Positions 1 to 11,992 of a DNA stretch of 64,000 nt are shown here, piece after piece. Numbering within the stretch: position 1 is the stretch's first letter; every line of letters begins with the position of its first letter. The stretch lies in NCBI GenBank assembly GCA_951406725.2, contig OX597818.1, positions 37,882,001-37,946,000 on the forward strand, in the 5' to 3' direction. The position numbers were made by a program, and so were the translations under genes. The DNA is from Octopus vulgaris (Eukaryota). The notes beneath the pieces were generated by a model, which was given only the letters and a program-made list of their open reading frames with translations, did not search any database and was not told where the DNA came from.

Positions 1-39
1 GATGATGAAGATGATTCAAAATTAAGAAAATAAATTCTG

Positions 40-312
40 TTGTGTCTGGGGAAAGTCATTTTCTTTTTGTGCCTTATAATTTAACACATTCACCGGTAAA
101 ATTTCCATTTATTTCTTATTTTTATTTTCCTAAAATTTTCGTAAATTTTGTAAATTTTATTTTCCTAAAATTTTCAATAGTCAAGATTATTGAAAAGGTT
201 GCAAGATGCAACGAAAATTTTAGGAAAATAAAAATAAGAAATAAGTGGAAATTTTACCGGTGAGTGTGTTACATTATAAGGCACAAAAAGAAAATGACTC
301 TCCCCATGCACA
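40..312. repeat. Long inverted repeat / MITE
   Basis: ~95-bp arms (48-142 vs 210-305) are near-perfect reverse complements. Confidence 0.8.
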
Positions 313-433
313 ACATAATATGCTTCAACACACGAACTCATATAAAGAATCTTGCAAACCAAATCCAAAAACGAAAATAAACAAAAAAAATAAAAACCTA
401 AAATAAAAGACAAAATTCAATATTCGCACTGAC

Positions 434-559
434 CTTTACGTCTAGTATTAGCTTTTGTTTGACTGTTAATAGATAATTTCGGATGAGTTCCTGAAGAAAT
501 CACAGATGGTATACTGCTCATAGTATTAACAACAGGAGACTGAGGTTTATACTTTGAAC
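434..559 (-). CDS. FoxM1: FoxM1-like gene, probable downstream exon (GSKYKPQSPVVNTMSSIPSVISSGTHPKLSINSQTKANTRRK)
   Basis: Acceptor tgtttcag|GT matches phase 1. The frame is open (ORF 417-608). Candidate donor G|gtcagt at 434, or read-through to the stop at 417. Confidence 0.65.
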
Positions 560-1559
560 CTGAAACATTTGAATGAGGAGAAAATTGGTTAAGGAAAGCA
601 ATAAACATTTATAAATATTTTTATAATTAATTAACTGAATTGCCAAATATCCAAAATAGAAAATGCACCAAATTGTTAAAATTGAAAGGCAAACCTGAAA
701 GAAAGTTAAAGATTGCAATGATAAATATAGCAAACCAACTAGAAGAAAGTCCATTTTAATTCTTTGTTTGAGATGTCTAGGTATTGAATGTAAATGTTGT
801 TGCTTAAAGAATACAGTAGAGATTATGTATCAACTCACCTGGGAGATTAATTTATTTGTATTTATATCATATCTATCCAACATCTATGTTTATACGCAGT
901 TTACAGATACATAATCATTGAAAATTCCTCTATAATAATTGGTTAATAAATATTACTAATTAGTTATTTTTCATTCTTTTGTTTCTTGCAGGCATGGCCA
1001 TGTGGTATGATCTTTGCTTCCCAACCACATCTCAGGTTCAACCCCACTGCTTAGCACCTTGGGCAAGTATCTTCTATTATAGCCCCGGGCTGACCAATAC
1101 CTTGTGAGTGGATTTGGTAGACAGAAACTGAAAGAAGCTCATTTTGTATGTATATACACAGACACATGTACCATAGGCTTCTTTCTGTTTCCTTCTACCA
1201 AAACCACTCACAAAGTTTTGGTCAGCTTTGGCTATAGTGGAAGAAACTCGCCCAAAGTGCTACACGATGGGACTGAACCTGAAACCATGGGGCTTGGGAG
1301 CAAACGCCTAACTACACAACCACACCTGCACCTATATATATTTCTTATCACTTTGAGTTTTGCTGGCTCAAATGTCACCTTCCAGTCAATAACCTAAGCT
1401 TTTATCTTGGTTTAAACTGTTTACTGCAATTCACTGCATTTTGCAATTTACTGCATTTGGAATGTCAACAATGTCACATTTTAAACCCGAGAAACGTCTT
1501 GCCTAGTTTTACTGTCCCACTTATAGATTGTATTTGCAATGTTCGAATCAGTTGGTTGA

Positions 1560-2070
1560 TTTCTTTTTCTGAAAATCTAAGCTTATTCAGACTGACAGTT
1601 AGGCATTTACTTACAAAACCAAGTGCTCCAATTATTATTAGTATAAATGTAAATTTGTAGTCAGGATATAAAAGCTGGAGGTTTTAAAGCAGTTGTCCAT
1701 AGTTATCTTCTCTCTGTTTGATTTTCAAAGAGATATTCACATTAGCAGGACAGCTGACCTCTATGATGGTACATATTTTTTCTTGTCTGTCCCAAACAAC
1801 AATATCTAACCTTGTCATGCTTACACTTAACAGATGTTTTGATGGGAATATTCCACCTGTATTCCTTGTGCTTGTATATGTGTATATATTCAATAACGGG
1901 GATTTTCTACATTTATTCCAGGACAGTCTTTTTTCCAAATGGCATTATATATTGTTTTTGTAACATCATGTCACATAGGGAGGTAGTACTTTGATGACAT
2001 TTTTGGGCAGCTGCTAATCACGTGTGTGTTATGTCTTCCACAGAAATATGACATAATGTACATTTATGAT
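1560..2070 (-). mobile_element. Degenerate non-LTR retrotransposon fragment, restriction-like endonuclease region (R4/Dong-like)
   Basis: ORF 1684-1938 contains (P/L)DIVVWD...IIEVSCPA.VNI..K...EDNY, a PD-(D/E)xK-type REL motif. Confidence 0.6.
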
Positions 2071-3009
2071 TACCTCTTAGAACTCCAAGGGCTTCACTTT
2101 TGTTAATTAGGTATTTAGTAGCAATCTCCTGTCCTTAGATTGCCTCTGAAGTGTGATGTGATGTAGCAGCCACAAGTCCAAGAGAGGCTTCACTTCATGT
2201 CAGTTTTACTATCTTTTTCAAGTCTATGAGAAACATACCTAAACATAGTCATTTTTTTTTTTGGCATACTGAGATTTTCACCTCCAGGTCTTATTTGGGG
2301 TATGCTAACCTGGCTGATTTGGGGTTGAATGGGAGATCATCAAGAAGAGAATACTTTCTGAGATATTGTTTTCTTCACTTCTTGGCACTAAGTTAATGTT
2401 TTTTATTTTTGCTGCTGTTGTTTAGCAAGTGCTGTCTGAGAGAGACTGTGACATTCAAAGGCTGTCTGCAATGATCTCAACCCCCTATTTACTTTATTTC
2501 TTCTTAGGTAAAGCCAGTCGATATCATTATTTTAGTGGAGATTTGCAGTTTATGTTAGAATCTTATGGGCTTTAATGTCTATGGAGTGGATTTCTTCTAC
2601 AGGTTAGTTGAGTATGGAATCAGCACTGGAACTGTAACTGCACTGTGGAATATTGTCCAGTCGTAAGAGGAGAGTACAGACTGCCATATTTTTCTTAGTC
2701 TGGTGTAATATTCTAGGGTCATTCTATCTTTATTCAATGGCCCAGTGGTTAGGGCAGTGGACTCGTGGTCAGAGCATCACAGTTTCGATTCCCAGACTGG
2801 GTGTTGTGTGTGTTTATTGAGTGAAAACACCTAAAACTCCACGAGGCTCCGGCAAGGGTTGGTGGCAACCCCAATTGTACTCTTTCACCCCAACTTTCTC
2901 TCACTCTTTCTTCCTGTTTCTTGAATATGATGTGCGTGTGTGTGTGTATGTATATGTAAGTGTGTGAGAGAAAGAAATAAAGTGTGTATGTGTGAGAGAG
3001 AGAGAGAGA

Positions 3010-3044
<35 letters not shown>

Positions 3045-3136
3045 GAAACATCTAAGTAAATTGACATTTCTAAGACAGATTTCACAAATGACACAATCCA
3101 TATATTCAATTCTAAGTTGCTGAGAGAAAGACTTAC

Positions 3137-3380
3137 CTGTGGCAACAGATGATAATGAGGGTGATGAATATGATGTTAACACTGATGATGGTAATGACAA
3201 CGAAGTTGCTGTTGATAACGTTGATGATGAAGACGATGATGATGATGATGATGACAACAATGACGATGATGACGAAACCGTGTCTTTAGCAGTTGAAACC
3301 AATTTCCAGTGAGAACCATAGTAACGAGTTGGTTCTCGAACGAAACATTTGTTGGTAGATAAATCATGGCGAATTGAATT
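3137..3380 (-). CDS. FoxM1: FoxM1-like gene, forkhead second half plus poly-Ser region (NSIRHDLSTNKCFVREPTRYYGSHWKL...SSSS)
   Basis: ttttatag|AAT TCA ATT CGC CAT continues GWK-NSIRH in phase 0. FVRE and the W of the wing region are present. Donor G|gtaagt at 3137 (phase 1). Confidence 0.9.
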
Positions 3381-5124
3381 CTATAAAATTGAAAAATGAC
3401 AAAGTTAAATTAAAATAAATTGCTGAACAACAAATAGTTGAGTGTTCTGTTGACTCAAATTCAAATAAAATAGTTAAAGTATCATGATAATGAATATACA
3501 AAAACATACACAGAGAAACAAAATTTCAACTAATTGCAACTACAAAAATTTAGTTAAAGCATTGAAGAGAGGACTTAGCAGTACTTAGTTATGTCCCTTC
3601 ATACTGAAAATTTAAAAGCCTATCAACACCCACATTGTCTTCCATTCTTCCAGAGTTGATTATAGAAGCAAGAATGCTCCCCAACTATGCGTCCGTGTCA
3701 GTGGCACATAAAAAGCACCATGTGGCCGTTGCCAGCCTCCTCTGGCCCCTGTGCTGGTGGCACATAAAAAGCACCCACTACACTCATGATGGACTTCTTT
3801 CAGTTTTTGTCTATCAAAACCACTCACAGGGCTTTAGTCAGCTTGGAGCTAAAGAAGACAGTTGCCCAAGGTGTCACACAGTGAGACTGAACTTGAAACA
3901 ATGTGATTAGAAGCAAACTTCTTACACAGCACCTTTTTTTTTTTTTTTATGTGGTTGCTCCCCTAACTTTAGAACCTGGCTTCACTCCTGATGTAAACAT
4001 AGAGACGTATGTATTTTTGTAGTGTTTGCGTTTCCACCCCTTTGCTGTAAGCAAGCATTACTGTTATACAAGCGATGCCATTCATTTTAAGCCTTTCATG
4101 TAAACATGTCTACCCAAGGGGAAGCACTTTCTTACCTGGAAAAAACGAGAGTTGGTGACAGGAAGAGCTTCACTGAATTCCAGCTGACCCATGCAAGCAT
4201 GGAAAAGTGGACTTAAAATGATGATGTAATGTAAAAACAGATGTATACCTTATCTGTATAAAAAATATTTTCAAAGATAGAAAAGGTAGGACCAGCAGGA
4301 CTAGCTGGATTTTGTTTGTGACAGAGTATTATCTTCAACTGTGGAAATTGTAGTTGTGATACCCGTGCTGGTGGCACATAAAAAGCACCATCCAAACATG
4401 ACCGATGCCAGTGCCGCCATCACTGCCGTCCGTGCCAGTGGCACATAAAAAGCACCATGTGGCCATTGCTAGCCTCCTCTGGCCCCTGTGCTGGTGGCAC
4501 ATAAAAAGCACCCACTACACTCATGGAGTAGTTGGATTAGGAAGGGCATCCAGCTGTAGAAACTCTGCCAGATTAGACTGGAGCCTGGTGCAGCCTCCTG
4601 GCTTCCCAGACCCTGGTCGAACCATCCAACCCATGCTAGCATGGAAAACGGACGTTAAACAATGATGATGATGATGATGATGATGTCCATAGAGATACTG
4701 GTTATAAAACTACTCTTACTATGGGTTTGAGTAAATTGGAGAGACCAGTTTGTGCATATAATATATTCTTTGAATCTAACTTGCTGGTGCATTAGCAGTT
4801 AAAATTAAAAGTATTAATAAACCAGTAAAAGCATGGTTGCCCTCTCCAGCTGAGCATCATTAATCTTGCAGGCTCATAGTTGCCGGTGCATATAAAAAGC
4901 ATCCGTGCTGGTGCTGCATAAAGGCACCCAGTACATCCTATAAAGTGGCTGGCATTATGAAGGGCATCCAGCCATAGAAACCGTGCCAAAACAGAAATAG
5001 AGCCTGAACAGCCTTCAGCAGGTCAGCACCTGTCAAAGCATCCAACCCATGCCAGCATGGAAAACAGATGGTAAGTGATGATGATGATGATAATTTATTA
5101 ATGAAACTAGCTGCCAAGAATGCT

Positions 5125-5353
5125 TTAACCTTTTAGTGTTTAAACCAGCCATATCTGGCCCAGATACTCTACATGTTTTATATTCAAACTGACCATATCT
5201 AGCCTCTCACACCTAACCTACAGTGACATTCTAAGAATAAACTATCACACCATTGAAACATCAAAGCTATAAGATAATGTATGATTAATTCAAAACAATT
5301 TGAGTGAAAAAGTATTACATTTAACAGAGTAAATCTGAACACTAAAGGGTTAA
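5125..5353. mobile_element. TTAA-flanked MITE, family 2
   Basis: TTAACCTTTTAGTGTT...AACACTAAAGGGTTAA. Copies at ~42678-42906, ~58345-58553, ~40372-40870 and ~19125-19597. Confidence 0.75.
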
Positions 5354-5639
5354 ATATAATTTACTCAAGTCCAATGTGATAGTAGGTTTAAAAGAAGTGT
5401 CTCTGTGGATAGTTAAAGTGAATGCATATTTACTGATAACATCCCAACATAGGACAGAAACCAATTCAGCCAACTGCACGTTTTTCCATACACAAAGATA
5501 AACTGCATAAATACTCTATATACAGAAAAGGTGCTCACATCTGTCTATACATAGAATTTTAGTAAATAATCTAAGGATATACTCAACATAACAATATAGC
5601 CCAAAATATACAGTTTTCAAAGCGCAAAGGGGAGCTAAC

Positions 5640-5807
5640 CTTCCATCCAAGCTTTGTAGTGTTGCTGTAATAAGGATAGTTGGTTTCAATCCATCGGTAG
5701 ATTTCTTTTAAGGTCATGCGTTTATCATGACGACTGTTAAGTGCATTTTCTATTAACTTCACATAAGAGAATGGAGGTCGCTTGTTGAACTGGCTGCTAC
5801 CCAAAGT
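5640..5807 (-). CDS. FoxM1: FoxM1-like gene, forkhead domain first half (TLGSSQFNKRPPFSYVKLIENALNSRHDKRMTLKEIYRWIETNYPYYSNTTKLGWK)
   Basis: Clear forkhead signature (RPPFSY, KRMTLKEIY, GWK). Splice sites tttgtag|ACT and AAG|gttagc. KRMTLK and the KxGWK spacing resemble FOXM1. Confidence 0.92.
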
Positions 5808-5810
5808 CTA

Positions 5811-5812
5811 CA

Positions 5813-5866
<54 letters not shown>

Positions 5867-6043
5867 TAATAATAATTATAATAATAAATAATAATAATAA
5901 AAATAATAATAATAATAAATAATAATAATAATAATAAATAATAATAATAATAAATAATAATAATAATAATAAATAATAATGATAATAATAAATAATAATA
6001 AATAATAATAAATAATAATAAATAATAATAATAATAATAATAA
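5811..6043. repeat. (AAT)n microsatellite abutting the forkhead exon acceptor
   Basis: Seen directly in the sequence. Confidence 0.98.
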
Positions 6044-6754
6044 AGCAAATATTCAATAAAACATGTAGCAAAAACATTTGAGTCAAATGAAATTAAAAAT
6101 CTACATGGCTGTGTGGCTAAGAAGCTTGCTTTTCAACCTTGTGGTTTCAGGTTCATAACCTTTAGGACTGGCAGCTTTTCTTGAGTTGATAAACTAAATT
6201 AATGAAGGGATCCCTCAGTAATTTAGGGGTCCCTCATGTGGTCACTCACATTGCTAGAAATAGAAGCCAAATTTCCATTAACAACTTAAAAAAAGTGAGG
6301 GTACATTAGATAATGTAGTCATAAATAATTATGATCAAGTATAAAGATGGTGTGGTCATGGCTGACTAGAACATATTACATCAGAGGTTTTCTCAGTTCA
6401 GTTTTGACCTGTGGTTAAACAACAACTTCAGATAGAGAATTAAATATCATTTTGAAGTTTAACAGTTAGTTGTCATGCTAGAAATGGCAGCTAAATCTCC
6501 CTCAAGTTACACCCAACCTATTGATATGATGAACAATATATTTAGTAATGTAGTCTTACATAAACTATGTAAGAGATAAAAGACTTGTAGACACTACTGG
6601 AATACTGCTGATCATAAGTCTTCTCAATCAGGGCTGACCTGGAGTTAAACAACAAGGTCCATGCCACCCCTTCAAGTTATGGATTAAGGACTTCTTAGAT
6701 GGTAATCTTATACATCATTTTCATTCACATACAGAAGATAAACAAAGTACTTAC

Positions 6755-6801
6755 CTGTGGATTTGATGTCTTTTCAGTCTGGTTCAGTTTTTCTCCAGGT
6801 T
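6755..6801 (-). CDS. FoxM1: FoxM1-like gene, 47-nt exon (KPGEKLNQTEKTSNPQ)
   Basis: ttgatag|AACCTG...CCACAG|gtaagt. Phase 1 in and phase 0 out exactly bridge the flanking exons without a stop. Confidence 0.8.
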
Positions 6802-7021
6802 CTATCAAGTAAAGTTATATATATTATTTAGTAGAATGTAAGATGAAGATAATATTATAAGTTCTTTATCTGGATCTATTTCATTTTAGTTTCACATTTT
6901 TACATCCATTTTCCCATGCTAATATGAACTGAAAGTCTTATGATAAATCGTTTAAGTGGTTAATACATATTTTATGTTTTTAGTTTATTTTAGCACTATG
7001 TGTCTATATAATATAATATAA

Positions 7022-7270
7022 TGAAATTATTGTATACAGTGCTCAGGTGCACCACAACTTGTCAAAAGTGCATATAAAGCATATGCAGTAATGTACAAAT
7101 ATCTGGAAAGTGAACAGTGTATGAGTCAGATATATGCTTGTGTGTGTATGGAGGGGAGAAAATCAAGTATAGTGTTGGCGAATCTCAGGAAGCATGGAAG
7201 TTTTGAAGGATGCAGTGCTCCAACAACTAACAACTGATGCCGGCAGTTTGTTCCATGCTTCAGCAACTCT
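7022..7270 (-). mobile_element. 3' end of a related CR1/L2-group LINE
   Basis: Shares TGTAxACAGTGCTCAGGTGCAC and GGCAGTTTxTTCCATGCTTCAGCAACTCT with the element at 52 kb. Confidence 0.8.
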
Positions 7271-7392
7271 TATATATAATGTTATCAATTAATTAATACA
7301 ATCAATTTAATCTCAATAAAATCTATTTAATAATTCAACTTTAAATATTAATATAGTAAATTAAAACTGTTGAAAAATATCTATAAATATCT

Positions 7393-7809
7393 ATAGGCGC
7401 AGGAGTGGCTGTGTGGTAAGTAGCTTGCTAACCAACCACATGGTTCCAGGTTCAGTCCCACTGCGTGGCATCCTGTGCAAGTGTCTTCTGCTATAGCCCC
7501 GGGCCGACCAATGCCTTGTGAGTGGATTTGGTAGACGGAAACTGAAAGAAGCCTGTCGTATATATGTGTATATATATATATATATGTGTGTGTTTGTGTG
7601 TCTGTATTTGTCCCCCTAGCATCGCTTGACAACCGATGCTTGTGTGTTTACGTCCCCGTCACTTAGCGGTTCGGCAAAAAAGAGACCGATAGAATAAGTA
7701 CTGGGCTTACAAAGAATAAGTCCCGGGGTCGAGTTGCTCGATTAAAGGCGGTGCTCCAGCATGGCCGCAGTCAAATGACTGAAAACAAGTAAAAGAGTAA
7801 AGAGTAAAG
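7393..7809 (+). mobile_element. tRNA-derived SINE family A (young copy)
   Basis: A box TGGCTGTGTGG, B box GGTTCAGTCCC, internal (TA)/(TG) microsatellite and (GTAAAGA)n tail. More than 15 copies in the window. Confidence 0.9.
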
Positions 7810-7816
7810 TACTTAC

Positions 7817-8691
7817 TAGTCTGGATTTTAGGTTGGTTATTCAATGTAGCAGTCTGGAAAGATGAGGCTGTGGGAGCAAGTGGTGATATTTGAGCCTCAG
7901 AGAAGGAAACGGGTTTTAGAATTTCTATTACAAGTTCCTTCGGTTTGGAAAGTGACAGTCCAACAGAATTGGTTGTAGAAGTTGTAGAAGAGGACAACGA
8001 AGATAACTGGAAGCTTTGAGAATTTAAAATAAATTCCACATTGTTTGTTGAACAGCTTGTGACTGGAGGGGTTGCTAAGATTTTCAAGTTACGTGGTAAT
8101 AGGGGAGTTGAACATTGCATTGGAGTAGGGTCAGCCAATGGGACAACATTGTTCTTCCAGGAACTGGAATCGTTAAGTGAGAGTTCAATAAATGAAGTTG
8201 ACGGAGTCTTTGTAGTCCAAGAAGAGACATTTCCCTCTGGTGAAGCGAAATTAATATCAAGCTCCTGTTTTGGATATTGAGTGCTACCATTTATTGTTGA
8301 TTTGTGATAATCTTTTCTTTGAGAAGATGAAGTATGGTTTGAGGAGAGAGAGATGTCTGGAGAAAAAGATAATGATAAACACTCAATGGAAGGAGACTGG
8401 AAGCCAGAATCAATGCTGTTCGAAGGTGAAGAAAAAACAGGGTTGATATGAGCCAGTGGGTAGCTGTCATCATTAGAGTCATCGGTTATATTGCTGAGGT
8501 CACGTTTTATGTCATCTACATCAGAGAGACGAGAAATTCGACGAGAAAAATGAGGAGAATCGGGTGAGCCTGTGTAGATATTATTTCCTCCTTCCATAGG
8601 AAGTAAGTTTGGAGATGAACCAATGAAGGAGTAAGTGACTGAGTTGATCTGTTCAGATATCACCTTAATTCTCACAAAATACCGAAAATAT
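7817..8691 (-). CDS. FoxM1: FoxM1-like forkhead gene, large Ser/Thr/Pro-rich N-terminal exon (first in-exon ATG at 8597, MEGGNNIY...)
   Basis: Part of the 354-aa ORF 7707-8771. Acceptor tttgtttag|A at 8691 and donor A|GTAAGT at 7817 (phase 1) splice in frame to the downstream exons leading to the forkhead domain. Confidence 0.8.
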
Positions 8692-9015
8692 CTAAACAAA
8701 AAAAAAAAAAGAGCAAAAACACAAATGAGAGCCATTATTAATAGAAAAAAAATTTCTTTGGAATAAATCATAAAATTTAGTATTTGTTAAATCAAAACAA
8801 AATATATGAGCAGAATCATTTTAACCAAAAGTAATTAAAAAATTTAGGTACTTGAATTGTTGCAAATAGTTTTACCTAAATGCCACTTATCCTTACACAT
8901 ACAATAATATATAAGTGGTGAGGTGACAATTAATACCGTAAATCCTCGAGTATAGTCCACCCTTGAGTATAATACGCAGGGGATTTTTAGGGGGCTGTAC
9001 CTCTGAAAACCCTCA

Positions 9016-9712
9016 AATTTTTGTTTAAGTTTACTGATAATGGTTCTTTTAACATGCCAAACTACTTAGTAAAATTATTAATTATTAATTAATTAATTAA
9101 TTAATTTTACCCTTTATTATTATTGATAATATAATTCTCTCCCTGATAGTAAACTACAGTTTTTTTTTCTGTAGAATTTTTACTCAGTAACACACGTGGG
9201 TAGGTGAGGGAAAATACAAGATCTCATTCGTCTGTTTGAATTCGGAAGTACCAATCATTGGATGTAGTTTGTCTGATGTCGTTTGATCAGATAAGGTATG
9301 TTCAATTTCTTTTACAGTGCTCTCAAATTTAAAATCTTGAAATACTGTACTGAAGAGCAAGAATGATGGAGTGGAAATGTGGTTTTTGCATTTTTCACAT
9401 CTATCTAACTCCGAAACGCATCTACAGTTAATCGAAGCCAGGTGAATTCATTATTTTTTTCATCTTTGCCTACATGGGTTGTTGAGTATTGTTGTCTGGG
9501 AGATTTTCTTATGGTAGAGAAATAGCTAGTTTTGGCTGCTATTTCTAAATTTCGGTATGTGGTGAAGCAAATTTTTTGCTGAACCTTAATTATAATTATA
9601 CTCATAATTATAAAAATTTTTGTTTAAGTTTACCGATAATGGTTCTTTTAACATGCCGAACTACTTGGTAAAATTATTAATTAATTAATTAATTTTTACC
9701 CTTTATTATTAT

Positions 9713-9716
<4 letters not shown>
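9016..9716. mobile_element. Element with ~100-bp direct terminal repeats (9016-9128, 9616-9716), possible Penelope-type remnant
   Basis: Direct repeats are visible. A degenerate hammerhead-like motif lies at 9344-9428. Confidence 0.45.
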
Positions 9717-9747
<31 letters not shown>

Positions 9748-10991
9748 TATATATTCTCTAATAAGGTTGGTTAAAGCAAGCAAAGTAAGTGCATTGTTTA
9801 ATTAATAACAAAGTGTCATGGCTGAGACATGATTTGAACTACAAACCATTTAGCAGCACTTCAGTAATTACCCCCCTATTATTATGTAGACAATGACATA
9901 TGCTAAGTGTCACTTGAAACATTACTAGATTATAATAGATTAAAAAAAAAAAACAATCTGAAACCTGAGTGTAAGCTTTACTTGAAAGACATGTAACCCA
10001 GACAAGACATGCCTGGACAGCTACTCATATTTTTAGGGAAGAATGCAGATATACAATGCATGCATAAACATGCATGTAGACAGATATTTACAGACATGCA
10101 CAGTCTAGAATATTTCAAATAAAAGTTGTTCATTTAATAGGCTGCTTATAAATCTACATTCTTTCTGTCTCTTTTATGCAGTTACAATGGTCTCTGCTAC
10201 ATTAAACTAGCTGCTTGTAAATCTCAACCACCACAACAAAGCCCAATCAATACACCTCCCTCTCCCTTCTTCCACATCACTACTACTGTCATTCTTTCCC
10301 CAAGAAGTTAAGGTTGTGTTTGTTTTTTTTTTGGTGGTGGTGGTGGTGGTGGTGGGGTTACCATGATTTTCTACACTCGAAATAGGGTTTCTAATTTCGG
10401 CACGAGATTGGTAATTTTTAGAGTAAATGGGGGTTTAATCATCATCATCGTTTAATGTCCGCTTTCCATGCTAGCATGGGTTGGACGATTTTGACTGAGG
10501 GCTGGCAAACCAGATGGCTGCACCAGGCTCCAATCTTGATCTGGCAGAGTTTCTACAGCTGGATGCCCTTCCTAATGCCAACCACTCCAAGAGTGTAGTG
10601 GGTGCTTTTTACATGCCACCGGCACGGGGGCCAGTCAGGCGGTACTGGCAATGACCTCGCTCGAATGACCTTCACTTTTTACACGTGCCAGTGAAGCAAC
10701 GTTGGTAACGATCACGCTCGAATGGTGCCCTTTTACGTGCCATGGGTATGGAAGCCAGTTGGCTGCTTTGGCAACGATCACACTCGGATGGTGCTCTTGG
10801 CACTCTACTAGCACAAGCGTCCTGGGGTCGATTTGCTTGACTAAAGGCGGTGCTCCAGCATGGCCACAGTCAAATGACTGAAACAAATAAAAGAATAAAA
10901 ACCAAGCAAAAATATGACAAACATCTTATTTAATTTACCTAGAATTCCAGAAACCAGAACTAATAATCTTGTCTAACGAGTCATCTAAGTT

Positions 10992-11362
10992 TACTCTTTT
11001 ACTTGTTTCAGTCATTTGACTGTGGCCATGCTGGAGCACCGCCTTTAGTCAAGCAACTCGACCACAGGACTTATTCTTTGGAAGCCTAGTACTTATTCTA
11101 TCGGTCTCTTTTGCCGAACCGCTAAGTTACGGGGACGTAAACACACCAGCATCAGTTGTCAAGACTCACAAACATATACATATATATATACATATATACG
11201 ACAGGCTTCTTTCAGTTTCCGTCTACCAAATCCACTCACAAGGCTTTGGTCAGCCCGAGGCTATAGTAGTAGACACTTGCCCAAGTTGCCACGCAGTGGG
11301 ACTGAACCCAGAACCATGTGGTTGGTAAGCAAGCTACTTACCACACAGCCACTCCTACACCT
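10992..11362 (-). mobile_element. SINE family A
   Basis: Reverse-complement match to the copy at 7393-7809. Confidence 0.9.
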
Positions 11363-11961
11363 ATTCACAGAGCCAGTTTATGAAAGATTTTAGTCTAGAG
11401 CACTTATAGTTTCAGGTATAATTTATTACACACTACATTTTTTTATCTTTACTTTATAGCTACATGTTATTCTTTGATAAAGTAGTCTTTTCAATAACAG
11501 TAAAAATAATGTTGCCTTTTAATCTTTTTGCATTTATTAACTTCTTAATTTTCTTCTTTATTATGTATTGATTTTAAATGTAGTAGGGGTGTCCAAACAA
11601 ACACAAACAAAAAATGCCGAAGTTAATAAATGTAAGATAGTAAAAAAGCAAACTATTTTCATTGCTATATAAAAGAGTATCATATCAAAATATCAAATAG
11701 CCATAAATCTTGGCTTAAATTGGATCACCAATTGAAGGCAAGATTTTAACTCAAGTTTCCTAAGTGTAAGACAGACTGAGTAGTTAGTTAGATTGCCATT
11801 GTCTTTTATTTAAAACATTTAGATTGCTACTTGGTTTCCAGCTTAGTATTTCAGAGCATCAGAGCCCTATACCCTGTCCAGAGATATTAAAAACTATATT
11901 AAAAACTAAAATATTAAAAACTATATAGACATACGGATTCATTAGTATGCTGAGTGAGTGA

Positions 11962-11992
<31 letters not shown>

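Noticed and set aside
832-850. Strong minus-strand donor-like site CCCAG|GTGAGT in the FoxM1 intron
   Set aside because: No open phase-1 exon could be built upstream (in-frame TAA), so it is left unassigned.
7707-8771. 354-aa ORF as a stand-alone membrane protein with an N-terminal hydrophobic helix
   Set aside because: The hydrophobic start is the intron's T-rich acceptor tract and the end is antisense SINE. Only 7817-8691 is bounded by splice sites.
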